Virus record (IMG/VR): IMGVR_UViG_3300045988_096313
Coordinates: 32,001-96,000 of that record
Source of the DNA: a virus
Direction: 5' to 3' (one strand)
Length of the DNA stretch: 64,000 bases
Position 1 is the stretch's first letter. Each line of letters starts with the position of its first letter. Positions 57,374-63,828 of this stretch are shown one piece after another. A program made the position numbers and the translations under genes. A model generated the notes under the pieces. That model was not told the DNA's origin. It was given only the letters and a program-made list of their open reading frames with translations, and made no database searches.

Positions 57374-57697
57374 CTATTTCGTCTTTGAAGAAATTTCCAG
57401 CTTATCAACAATAGAACGAAGTTCTTGCAAGGAAGATGCGACAAATGTATCTCCATTTTCTGAGCGGACAAATGCGCAGAAGTTAAACCTTGGTGAACAC
57501 TCGCAGTAGATGTCTTCTGGGTCAACAAATAGTTGCCAAGTTGGAACACCAAGAAGTTGTGCCATTTCTTCCAATCTTGCTTTTGTAGGGTTGCCATTGA
57601 TAAGGTTTGTAATGGCTTGCTTTGAAATCCCCAACATTTGGGCAAACTCTGTTTTTGAGATACCCTTTTGCTTTAAAATACTTTCTAGTCTATACAT
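57374..57697 (-). CDS. XRE/cI-Cro-type HTH repressor-like protein
   Basis: LKQKGISKTEFAQMLGISKQAITNLINGNPT. Divergently transcribed from the 57979 operon. Confidence 0.75.
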   Translation of the reverse strand: MYRLESILKQKGISKTEFAQMLGISKQAITNLINGNPTKARLEEMAQLLGVPTWQLFVDPEDIYCECSPRFNFCAFVRSENGDTFVASSLQELRSIVDKLEISSKTK

Positions 57698-57737
57698 ATT
57701 ATACCTTATTATATATTAATACAAACTTATTCGTATG

Positions 57738-57745
57738 CAAAGATA
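57738..57745 (-). promoter_or_regulatory. -7 promoter box (TATCTTTG on minus strand)
   Basis: The plus strand reads CAAAGATA. Confidence 0.55.
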
Positions 57746-57760
57746 CGGCAAAAACCATAA

Positions 57761-57780
57761 AGTACAAAGAAAATAGTACT
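57761..57780. promoter_or_regulatory. operator-like repeat O1 (AGTACAAAGAAAATAGTACT)
   Basis: 20-mer with inverted arms AGTAC/GTACT. Lies 16-35 nt upstream of the minus-strand -7 box. Confidence 0.55.
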
Positions 57781-57834
57781 AATAAATGTAAATAAGAGAG
57801 TAGTAAAAACATCTTTTTATAAATAATAGTTAAA

Positions 57835-57854
57835 AGTACAAAGAAAATGGTACT
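57835..57854. promoter_or_regulatory. operator-like repeat O2 (AGTACAAAGAAAATGGTACT)
   Basis: 19 of 20 positions identical to O1. Lies 29-48 nt upstream of the plus-strand -7 box. Confidence 0.55.
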
Positions 57855-57882
57855 TTTATTTGGTGGATTACAAAAATGTTTG

Positions 57883-57890
57883 TATCTTTG
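57883..57890 (+). promoter_or_regulatory. -7 promoter box TATCTTTG
   Basis: Matches TAnnTTTG. Confidence 0.55.
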
Positions 57891-57947
57891 CAATGTCTTT
57901 AAGAGATAAAGGCTTTAAAGTTTAACTATTAATTGCTGTTATGCAGC

Positions 57948-57961
57948 CGAGTCGGCACTCG
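57948..57961 (+). promoter_or_regulatory. variant leader hairpin CGAGT-CGGC-ACTCG followed by TAAAACGGT
   Basis: 5-bp stem and 4-nt loop, ending 17 nt before ATG 57979. The same 24-mer recurs inverted at 63821..63844. Confidence 0.5.
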
Positions 57962-57978
57962 TAAAACGGTTTGAGGAT

Positions 57979-58317
57979 ATGACTACTTCAATTAAGAACA
58001 AGATGAGAAAGGTAATGCAGTTGGCACATAGAGCCTATCAGTTGAAATCAGCTTATATGAGTTGGGCAGAATGCTTGAAGCAAGCTTGGCAGGTAATCAA
58101 GCTGAAGGCTCGCATGAAGAAGCAGGTCGTTGAGTTCTACTTTCAGAAGATGAATGGTGAGGTAAGACAAGCCTTTGGTACTCTCCTTCAGAGCCACATT
58201 GACTATACTCCAAATGGTACAGGGCATGCAGCATCAAGAGATTGCATCCGCTATTGGGATGAAGCAAAGGGCGCATGGAGACAATTCAAGGCTTACAACT
58301 TCTTGCGAGTTGCATAA
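57979..58317 (+). CDS. hypothetical protein (112 aa), paralog of 63475..63810
   Basis: Roughly 75-80% amino-acid identity (by-eye estimate) to the inverted copy. Confidence 0.6.
   Translation: MTTSIKNKMRKVMQLAHRAYQLKSAYMSWAECLKQAWQVIKLKARMKKQVVEFYFQKMNGEVRQAFGTLLQSHIDYTPNGTGHAASRDCIRYWDEAKGAWRQFKAYNFLRVA
58027..58161 (+). repeat. 135-bp perfect inverted repeat, arm 1
   Basis: Identical to the reverse complement of 63628..63762 (checked base by base). Confidence 0.95.
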
Positions 58318-58356
58318 AGATATATTCACGTTCTAAGGTGTTTGGCGAGGCTTAAT

Positions 58357-58386
58357 AGGGGGTGTGCCTTTAAACACCCCTTTAGT
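58357..58386 (+). terminator. intrinsic terminator candidate
   Basis: GGGGTGT/ACACCCC stem followed by TTTAGTTT. Confidence 0.55.
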
Positions 58387-58411
58387 TTAGGACTTTTAAA
58401 GTATTTGAGAT

Positions 58412-58660
58412 ATGGAGACAATTGCTAAGTGTTTGAAAGAAGTGTTCTACAAAGGGCATCATATTACCAAGGTGGAGGACGTATTCGGTCAGATTGCCGT
58501 TCGCATTGATAATGTTGTTGAACCGGACTATGCTAGCATAGCAGAGGCGAAACGTGTAATCAATGGTAAAGCCCCAAAGTGGTTTAATGATGGTTATATG
58601 TGGGACGAAGCCAGCAAGAAAGTTGTAAAAGACCCTAACGCTTTCCGATGGGAGGAGTAA
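58412..58660 (+). CDS. hypothetical protein (82 aa)
   Basis: Intact ORF. Confidence 0.45.
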   Translation: METIAKCLKEVFYKGHHITKVEDVFGQIAVRIDNVVEPDYASIAEAKRVINGKAPKWFNDGYMWDEASKKVVKDPNAFRWEE

Positions 58661-58959
58661 GAAAACATAAGGTAAAGAACTTAAAACAATTGGTTATGGA
58701 AAAGTTTATTGATGGCAGTTATGTATTCGAGAAAACAAATGAGTTTCCGGATGGCTACGAAATTTGGGCGATTGGTCGAAGAAATTTCGAGCACAAAGGC
58801 TACGTACCATTGTGTGAGGTTGATGAGAACTACAACGTCAAAAGAGATACCTTGAAGGCTTTGAAAGTCAAGGATGAAGCATTTGCTTTGGCTTTGCTCT
58901 ATGAAGCCGTTAAACGAGGTGTCAACAAGAAGAAGTATAACAAAATGTTAAGTGCATAA
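58648..58959 (+). CDS. hypothetical protein (103 aa)
   Basis: Overlaps the upstream gene by 13 nt. An alternative start lies at 58696. Confidence 0.45.
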   Translation: MGGVRKHKVKNLKQLVMEKFIDGSYVFEKTNEFPDGYEIWAIGRRNFEHKGYVPLCEVDENYNVKRDTLKALKVKDEAFALALLYEAVKRGVNKKKYNKMLSA

Positions 58960-58963
58960 GAAC

Positions 58964-59260
58964 ATGGATGAGAATTTCTTGAATGTGCTCTATATCGAGC
59001 ACACGGACAAAATAGGCGTTCTAAAGGACGATAAGAACGAAAGGGTATCGGTTGTTCGTGGGACAGACAAAACGCTTGTAGAACGCAAAAGAGAGGGCAA
59101 AACGTACCTTCTTGTACCATTAACAAAGAACCATACTTTCAAGTGCAATGGCGATAGCTTGGAGGTTGATGGCAAGATTATCCCTAGCAAGGTATTTTTC
59201 CGTAAGGATGGTGCTCAGTGGATTGAGATTGACAAAGAAACGTTATTTAAGGTTGCGTAA
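58964..59260 (+). CDS. hypothetical protein, LVPLTK-family paralog (98 aa)
   Basis: MDENFLNVLYIEHTDKIGVL...LVPLTKNHTFKCNGDSLEVDGKIIPSKVFFRKDGAQWIEI aligns with the 62782..63081 product. Confidence 0.55.
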   Translation: MDENFLNVLYIEHTDKIGVLKDDKNERVSVVRGTDKTLVERKREGKTYLLVPLTKNHTFKCNGDSLEVDGKIIPSKVFFRKDGAQWIEIDKETLFKVA

Positions 59261-59280
59261 GGAATTAGGAGGTTTAAGCT

Positions 59281-59538
59281 ATGAAACTATATGTAGTAAT
59301 ATCTTCATACCAACATGGATTGGGTGAAGCAGTGGAGGTTGACGCAGAAGTCTTCTCTACCATTGATAAGGCAAGAAAAGCGATAAGACACAAAGGGATG
59401 AACACTTTGGAGAATTACAAGCGAGTTTTGAATTGGGATGATTATCTATACAATATCTCAGATTCTTTCTTCCATATCTCAGACAGCGAAGGAGAAACGT
59501 GGGACAATTTCGACATCGTAGAACAAGAATTAAAATAA
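59281..59538 (+). CDS. hypothetical protein (85 aa)
   Basis: Intact ORF. Confidence 0.45.
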   Translation: MKLYVVISSYQHGLGEAVEVDAEVFSTIDKARKAIRHKGMNTLENYKRVLNWDDYLYNISDSFFHISDSEGETWDNFDIVEQELK

Positions 59539-59545
59539 TAAAGCT

Positions 59546-59794
59546 ATGAAGATTGATGTTATCAAAAATATTATAGAAGATGCGAAGGAGTGTGGTTGCC
59601 TTATGACGATTACACTTGCAAATGGACAGGTATCTCATGTAAACTTCAGTAAGCATATAAAGAAGTTTACTATAACAGATGATGTTATCTTAGACGAGGA
59701 TGGGCATCTTGTGACAATAATTGATACGGATGGAAGTTGTGACTACATTGATAGCGATTCCATCATTCGCATATTTAGTAAAGAAGGTTTATAA
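59546..59794 (+). CDS. hypothetical protein (82 aa)
   Basis: Intact ORF of the same length as the next gene. Weak similarity around YID..SI. Confidence 0.45.
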   Translation: MKIDVIKNIIEDAKECGCLMTITLANGQVSHVNFSKHIKKFTITDDVILDEDGHLVTIIDTDGSCDYIDSDSIIRIFSKEGL

Positions 59795-59813
59795 CAATTG
59801 ATTAGATAAGAAT

Positions 59814-60062
59814 ATGGATGCTGGTCATGTGAATGTGATATTGGGCAAAGCCGAGGACAAAGGTCTTAGAGGAACTATCAACTTGGTAGGTGGAGCAAAA
59901 ATAAGTTTCGACTTCAATGGTATTGGTATTGAAACATCTTTCAATTGCAATACAAAGAACAGAACACTTATGATTGGAAGTGGAAGTACAGTAGTGTTTA
60001 CACGTAAATATATTGATTGTAGCTCTATCCAGTATATTGAAGTGTTTGAACGTACAAAATAA
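59814..60062 (+). CDS. hypothetical protein (82 aa)
   Basis: Intact ORF. Confidence 0.45.
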   Translation: MDAGHVNVILGKAEDKGLRGTINLVGGAKISFDFNGIGIETSFNCNTKNRTLMIGSGSTVVFTRKYIDCSSIQYIEVFERTK

Positions 60063-60079
60063 TTATAGGAGACAAGAAT

Positions 60080-60364
60080 ATGAATATACTAGACTATTAT
60101 GAGGTTGTCACCTCAAAGATTTTCAAGTTGGAAAGCATGAACGAGGGGCTTGTATTGATAGCACCGGAGCAGGAGGTAGATGGAGTCCGTTCCTTGATGG
60201 TGGGATTATATGTTCCTGAGCATGAACGATACAAGATATATACTTTCCGTTCATCTATGAACGAGGGCGAACTTGGCGACAAGTACAAGGCGATGGTCGG
60301 CACGATGAATGTACTTAAACCGGATTGGGACAGAATTAGAAAGAAAAGACGGAAGAGGATTTAA
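60080..60364 (+). CDS. hypothetical protein (94 aa)
   Basis: Intact ORF, convergent with the RHH gene (4-nt overlap). Confidence 0.45.
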   Translation: MNILDYYEVVTSKIFKLESMNEGLVLIAPEQEVDGVRSLMVGLYVPEHERYKIYTFRSSMNEGELGDKYKAMVGTMNVLKPDWDRIRKKRRKRI

Positions 60365-60549
60365 CCTCTTACCGCCTTAAGGATGCATTCGTTGATGAAG
60401 TCACTCTTGTTTCCGTCTAAGGAATTGAGGATGTCGAGCGTTTCTTCTGTGGCAGAAAAGAACATACGTTTAGCGCATTTTTTCTTGCGTCCACACCCTT
60501 CTCTTGCACCTCCCCATGACTTGGTTGTCTTTTCTTCGTTTGTGCCCAT
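60361..60549 (-). CDS. ribbon-helix-helix-like protein with basic WGGAREGCGRKKK arm
   Basis: The strand-helix-helix pattern RMFFSATEETLDILNSLDGNKSDFINECILKAV. Paralogous arm to the 30023..30205 product. Confidence 0.5.
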   Translation of the reverse strand: MGTNEEKTTKSWGGAREGCGRKKKCAKRMFFSATEETLDILNSLDGNKSDFINECILKAVRG

Positions 60550-60583
60550 ACGTTAAAAATTTGGTGGTTTGAAATAAATTTCG

Positions 60584-60591
60584 TACCTTTG
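60584..60591 (+). promoter_or_regulatory. -7 promoter box TACCTTTG driving the antisense small RNA
   Basis: Matches TAnnTTTG. Its end lies 5 nt before the first paired base of the RNA (60596). Confidence 0.5.
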
Positions 60592-60595
60592 CAAC

Positions 60596-60733
60596 GAAAT
60601 CCCAAGGTGGGAGGCGGTGGTGTGAACACTACCTCCCTGTTGGAAATCTAAGCTTTACAATTCAATTGTAAGAGCAACTTTGATTTTCCAAATCCGAACT
60701 GAAATGTAAACTCTCATACGGCTTTGGGATTTC
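60596..60733 (+). ncRNA. candidate 138-nt structured small RNA, antisense to the 5' leader of the RHH gene
   Basis: P1 pairs GAAATCCCAA (60596-605) with TTGGGATTTC (60724-33). A hairpin GGGAGG...CCTCCC lies at 60609-37, and its inner G-T wobble is valid only on the plus strand. P2 pairs TTGGAAATC (60640-48) with GATTTTCCAA (60682-91), enclosing a TTACA/TGTAA hairpin. Confidence 0.5.
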
Positions 60734-60793
60734 ATTTCACCTACTCTTTCAGGTTTTCGGCATCCCCTTTGCAATCTCTCATTGATTACACAG

Positions 60794-60801
60794 CAAAGAT
60801 A
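60794..60801 (-). promoter_or_regulatory. -7 promoter box (TATCTTTG on minus strand) for the RHH gene
   Basis: The plus strand reads CAAAGATA. Implies a leader of about 240 nt. Confidence 0.5.
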
Positions 60802-60811
60802 CGAAAAATAT

Positions 60812-60834
60812 TTGAAATATGCAAACTATTTCAA
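60812..60834. promoter_or_regulatory. dyad TTGAAATA-N7-TATTTCAA (operator candidate)
   Basis: 8-bp inverted arms, 11-40 nt upstream of the minus-strand -7 box. Confidence 0.45.
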
Positions 60835-60896
60835 GATTATTTTAAGAAAATATGAAAATAAATTAGAGTTTTCTTGCATTTCACGAAGGTTTTTAT

Positions 60897-60904
60897 TACC
60901 TTTG
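60897..60904 (+). promoter_or_regulatory. -7 promoter box TACCTTTG
   Basis: Matches TAnnTTTG. Lies 29 nt upstream of ATG 60933. Confidence 0.55.
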
Positions 60905-60932
60905 CGAATGTAAACATCAAAACAATGAGCTT

Positions 60933-61337
60933 ATGAAAGTATTATCAATTCGTCAGCCGTATGCTTGGTTAATCGCTATCGGCTGCAAGACCATTGAAAA
61001 CAGAACCTGGAATAGAAAGTTCCGTGGTCGTTTCCTTATTCATGCTAGCCAAGCCAAACCTGAAAAACTTGACGGATGGCAGGAGAGCGCAATGAAGAAA
61101 TATTGCCAAGAGCATGGTATTGTTATTCCGGACTTCAAAGACTTGCCAACGTCAGCCATTATCGGCAGTGTAGAGTTGGATGATATTCAATTTCATGAGG
61201 CTTATCCGGATGCATTTGCTGAAGATTTCCAATATCATTGGTTCTTGAAGAATGCTAAATTGTTCGATGAGCCGATTAGAAACGTCAAAGGCAAGTTGTT
61301 CCTCTGGGATTATGAGTATAATGAAGCCGAAATGTAA
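60933..61337 (+). CDS. ASCH domain protein
   Basis: MKVLSIRQPYAWLIAIGCKTIENRTW..RGRFLIHAS is the typical ASCH/PUA-like N-terminus. Confidence 0.75.
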   Translation: MKVLSIRQPYAWLIAIGCKTIENRTWNRKFRGRFLIHASQAKPEKLDGWQESAMKKYCQEHGIVIPDFKDLPTSAIIGSVELDDIQFHEAYPDAFAEDFQYHWFLKNAKLFDEPIRNVKGKLFLWDYEYNEAEM

Positions 61338-61437
61338 AATAACAATACTTTTGTAATAAAAATACAAGCCATTGAAAATTAGCGCAAAAGTGTTTGTTCT
61401 TCTAAGAGATAGATAAGAAGTAAATGTAAAAATAAAG

Positions 61438-61470
61438 AAAGCCCCAATCTCGTTAGAGGTTGAGGCTTTT
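61438..61470. terminator. terminator between convergent ASCH and Rha genes
   Basis: AAAGCCCCAA/TTGAGGCTTT stem. The single mismatch becomes a G-U wobble on the minus strand. T and A runs lie on both sides. Confidence 0.6.
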
Positions 61471-61471
61471 A

Positions 61472-61494
61472 CAGTTGTCCTAGTGTGTCTCACT
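61472..61494 (-). promoter_or_regulatory. conserved hairpin-box copy 10 (AGTG-AGACA-CACT)
   Basis: The minus strand reads AGTGAGACACACT-AGGACAACTG. It overlaps the 3' end of the Rha gene, just before the terminator. Confidence 0.5.
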
Positions 61495-62331
61495 GCTTGC
61501 AAACATATCTACTTGCTTGGATGGTTTGTAGCCGATGATTTCCAATACCTCCTCAAACTTGTTGTCATACCACTTCGGAATGGTTTGCCCAGGCACATCC
61601 TTGTAGATGTCATTCAAAGCATACACCAAACCTTTCTCGGTGACGGAATAGTACTTGTGAACCTTTCCGTGCGTACCCTTTCGGGTCTTCTCTTCCAATA
61701 AGCCAGCAGTCAATGCCATCTTATTGAACTTGATAGCAGACAACACAACTCCACGTTCTTTCAATAATTCGCTGACTGCGTGCGAAGCACCATTCGGAGC
61801 GTGGACGTAATCGGGAACCGGAACACCATAAGGCTCTGCTATCTGGCTTACCAACTGCAAGCGAGCAGCATCACTATATCGCAACGAGTCCATTACCCAA
61901 TTGGCAACCGTCAACTTGTCTTGCAAGAAACTTTGCTGAGGCTTCATTTGCTCGGCTTGCATCTTGGCTTGTGCTTGCTCACGATGCTTGATTTCCAACT
62001 CCTCCCAACGCAAAATCAACTTCGCTCTTGCCTCGTCATTGAACTTGGTCGCAATGTAAAGACTCTCACGTTTGGTAAGGGAATAACAAGGACGCTCACG
62101 TCCGTTTTCATCTAAGTAAGAGCAGAGGGAAAAATTTCCCCGAGCCACCTTAAACCATGATTCTTCCATTTTACGAATAGCTTTCATCACATCTGCGTGA
62201 CGTTTATTTGCTATTGTAGCAATTTCTAACGAGGTGATTCTTTCTTCTCCATCACCTGTCGTACCAGATTTCACACTGCCCGATGGGAACACTGGCGGAT
62301 TCACCATCATCCGGTTTACATTTTCTGTCAT
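61480..62331 (-). CDS. Rha-family phage regulatory protein / antirepressor-like
   Basis: ITSLEIATIANKRHADVMKAIRKMEESW matches the Phage_pRha N-terminal domain. Confidence 0.7.
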   Translation of the reverse strand: MTENVNRMMVNPPVFPSGSVKSGTTGDGEERITSLEIATIANKRHADVMKAIRKMEESWFKVARGNFSLCSYLDENGRERPCYSLTKRESLYIATKFNDEARAKLILRWEELEIKHREQAQAKMQAEQMKPQQSFLQDKLTVANWVMDSLRYSDAARLQLVSQIAEPYGVPVPDYVHAPNGASHAVSELLKERGVVLSAIKFNKMALTAGLLEEKTRKGTHGKVHKYYSVTEKGLVYALNDIYKDVPGQTIPKWYDNKFEEVLEIIGYKPSKQVDMFASSETH

Positions 62332-62385
62332 AGTAACTCCAAATTTAAATTGTTAATAATTATATTTGGCTGTGGTGGAAACGAA

Positions 62386-62424
62386 AAGCCCCATCCGCTA
62401 ATGTGGAAAGTGCGAACGGGGCTT
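62386..62424 (-). terminator. terminator-like hairpin inside the Rha leader
   Basis: The minus strand reads AAGCCCC-(25 nt)-GGGGCTT followed by TTCGTTTCC. It lies between the -7 box at 62566 and ATG 62331. Confidence 0.4.
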
Positions 62425-62565
62425 AGCCACTTGCCCACTAAAGTAGAGAGATGAGCTTGTGGCAATTCTCCACGCTTGGAGAAAGTGAAATATCTAACAA
62501 ATTTTAATAGTTTCAATATCCTTATTAGCCGTGCTCTCTACTTCACAACCTTGTTGTTTCGGCTG

Positions 62566-62573
62566 CAAAGTTA
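62566..62573 (-). promoter_or_regulatory. -7 promoter box (TAACTTTG, context TAACTTTGCAGCCG)
   Basis: The plus strand reads CAAAGTTA. The extended context matches the promoter at 27101. Confidence 0.5.
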
Positions 62574-62616
62574 ATGCTTTTCTCTTTAACTTGCAAACGC
62601 TTTAGTGTTTTATTTA

Positions 62617-62630
62617 AAACGTTAACGTTT
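62617..62630. promoter_or_regulatory. palindrome AAACGTTAACGTTT upstream of the Rha promoter
   Basis: Perfect 14-bp palindrome centred about 50 nt upstream (minus sense) of the -7 box. Confidence 0.45.
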
Positions 62631-62738
62631 GTTTTACTTTGGAGGACTTCTGTCCTCGCCAGCACGACCAGCTATCGTGGCACGTTGCTGCACATTACTT
62701 CTTCTTTCCATTATTCACGGAATTTAATTGTTAAACAT

Positions 62739-62746
62739 CAAAGATA
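62739..62746 (-). promoter_or_regulatory. -7 promoter box (TATCTTTG on minus strand)
   Basis: The plus strand reads CAAAGATA. Downstream lie only a 25-codon ORF and hairpins. Confidence 0.4.
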
Positions 62747-62751
62747 ATGTG

Positions 62752-62772
62752 CAGTTTATAGTGTGCCTCACC
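62752..62772 (-). promoter_or_regulatory. conserved hairpin-box copy 11 (GGTG-AGGCA-CACT, G-U closing pair)
   Basis: The minus strand reads GGTGAGGCACACT-ATAAACTG, immediately 3' of the 62782..63081 gene. Confidence 0.5.
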
Positions 62773-62781
62773 TTATATATA

Positions 62782-63081
62782 TTATGCTACCATTGATAGC
62801 ATTTCTTTTGATTGCATCTGAATCCATTGACAAGCATCCTTGCGGAAAAAGATGTCAGAATCGAGCTGCTTGCCATCCACAATGATGTAATTACCCTTAT
62901 ACTCAAATTTGTGGTTTCGGGTCAATGGGACTAGCAGATAGACCGCCATGTCCTTTTTATCCAACACCAGTGTAAGGTCAGTACCCAATATATGTGAAAT
63001 AGTGTTGTCTTTGTCGTCACACAATACACCAATCTTCTCATCGTAGCTCACGTAGAGAGCATCCATTAAATTCTTATCCAT
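62782..63081 (-). CDS. hypothetical protein, LVPLTK-family paralog (99 aa)
   Basis: Start moved to ATG 63081 (MDKNLMDALYVSY) by alignment to 58964..59260. The ORF-track N-terminus covers box copy 12. Confidence 0.55.
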   Translation of the reverse strand: MDKNLMDALYVSYDEKIGVLCDDKDNTISHILGTDLTLVLDKKDMAVYLLVPLTRNHKFEYKGNYIIVDGKQLDSDIFFRKDACQWIQMQSKEMLSMVA

Positions 63082-63114
63082 ATCTCTTAAATATTTAATG
63101 TTCAAAGTCCGGTG

Positions 63115-63135
63115 CAGTTTAGCGTGTGCCTCACG
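63115..63135 (-). promoter_or_regulatory. conserved hairpin-box copy 12 (CGTG-AGGCA-CACG)
   Basis: The minus strand reads CGTGAGGCACACG-CTAAACTG in the intergenic gap, 33 nt before ATG 63081. Confidence 0.55.
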
Positions 63136-63142
63136 AAATCTA

Positions 63143-63442
63143 TTACAAATCACACTCGTATGAGTATTGCTTTTTCAGCTTGTTCAATGCGTTCTCGGTA
63201 ACGTAGTAGATGTTATCGAAATATTCGCTTTTCTTGATGCTTCGGCTTTCTTTCAGCTCTACCTTGTGATTGAATGTCACTTCGTAGCGGTTTGCGATGC
63301 TTGTAATCAAGAAATCGACCTCACGCTTATGTCTGTCCAGCTCGGTCTCTTTATACTCACCACGCTTGATAAATGCGTCCTTGTTCGTCTCTTCGATGGT
63401 TGCAACCATATTGCCTTGCATCACGATAATCTTTGCGCTCAT
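63143..63442 (-). CDS. hypothetical protein (99 aa)
   Basis: ATG 63442 is preferred. The ORF-track start at 63517 would overlap the upstream gene by 43 nt. Confidence 0.45.
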   Translation of the reverse strand: MSAKIIVMQGNMVATIEETNKDAFIKRGEYKETELDRHKREVDFLITSIANRYEVTFNHKVELKESRSIKKSEYFDNIYYVTENALNKLKKQYSYECDL

Positions 63443-63474
63443 ATATAGTTTCTTTTTAATCGTTAATAATCTTG

Positions 63475-63810
63475 TTAAGCAACTCGAATCAAGTTGTAGT
63501 TCTTGAATTGTCTCCACTCTCCCTTGACCTCATCCCAGTACTTGGTGCAGTCCTTGCAAGCGTAACCCTTGCCGTTTGGAGTGTAGTCAATGTGACTCTC
63601 CATCAAAGTGCCGAAAGCCTGACGAATCTCACCATTCATCTTCTGAAAGTAGAACTCAACGACCTGCTTCTTCATGCGAGCCTTCAGCTTGATTACCTGC
63701 CAAGCTTGCTTCAAGCATTCTGCCCAACTCATATAAGCTGATTTCAACTGATAGGCTCTATGCGCCATATTCATCACTTCTCTCATCATATTCTTAAAAA
63801 TAGTAGCCAT
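63475..63810 (-). CDS. hypothetical protein (111 aa), paralog of 57979..58317
   Basis: ATG 63810 is preferred, by analogy with the plus-strand copy. Confidence 0.6.
   Translation of the reverse strand: MATIFKNMMREVMNMAHRAYQLKSAYMSWAECLKQAWQVIKLKARMKKQVVEFYFQKMNGEIRQAFGTLMESHIDYTPNGKGYACKDCTKYWDEVKGEWRQFKNYNLIRVA
63628..63762 (-). repeat. 135-bp perfect inverted repeat, arm 2
   Basis: Reverse complement identical to 58027..58161. Confidence 0.95.
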
Positions 63811-63828
63811 AATCACTATACCGTTTTA

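Noticed and set aside
62328-62516. 62-aa minus-strand ORF upstream of the Rha gene.
   Set aside because: It spans the terminator-like hairpin of the leader, has an odd composition and starts right after the predicted transcription start. I treat it as leader RNA.
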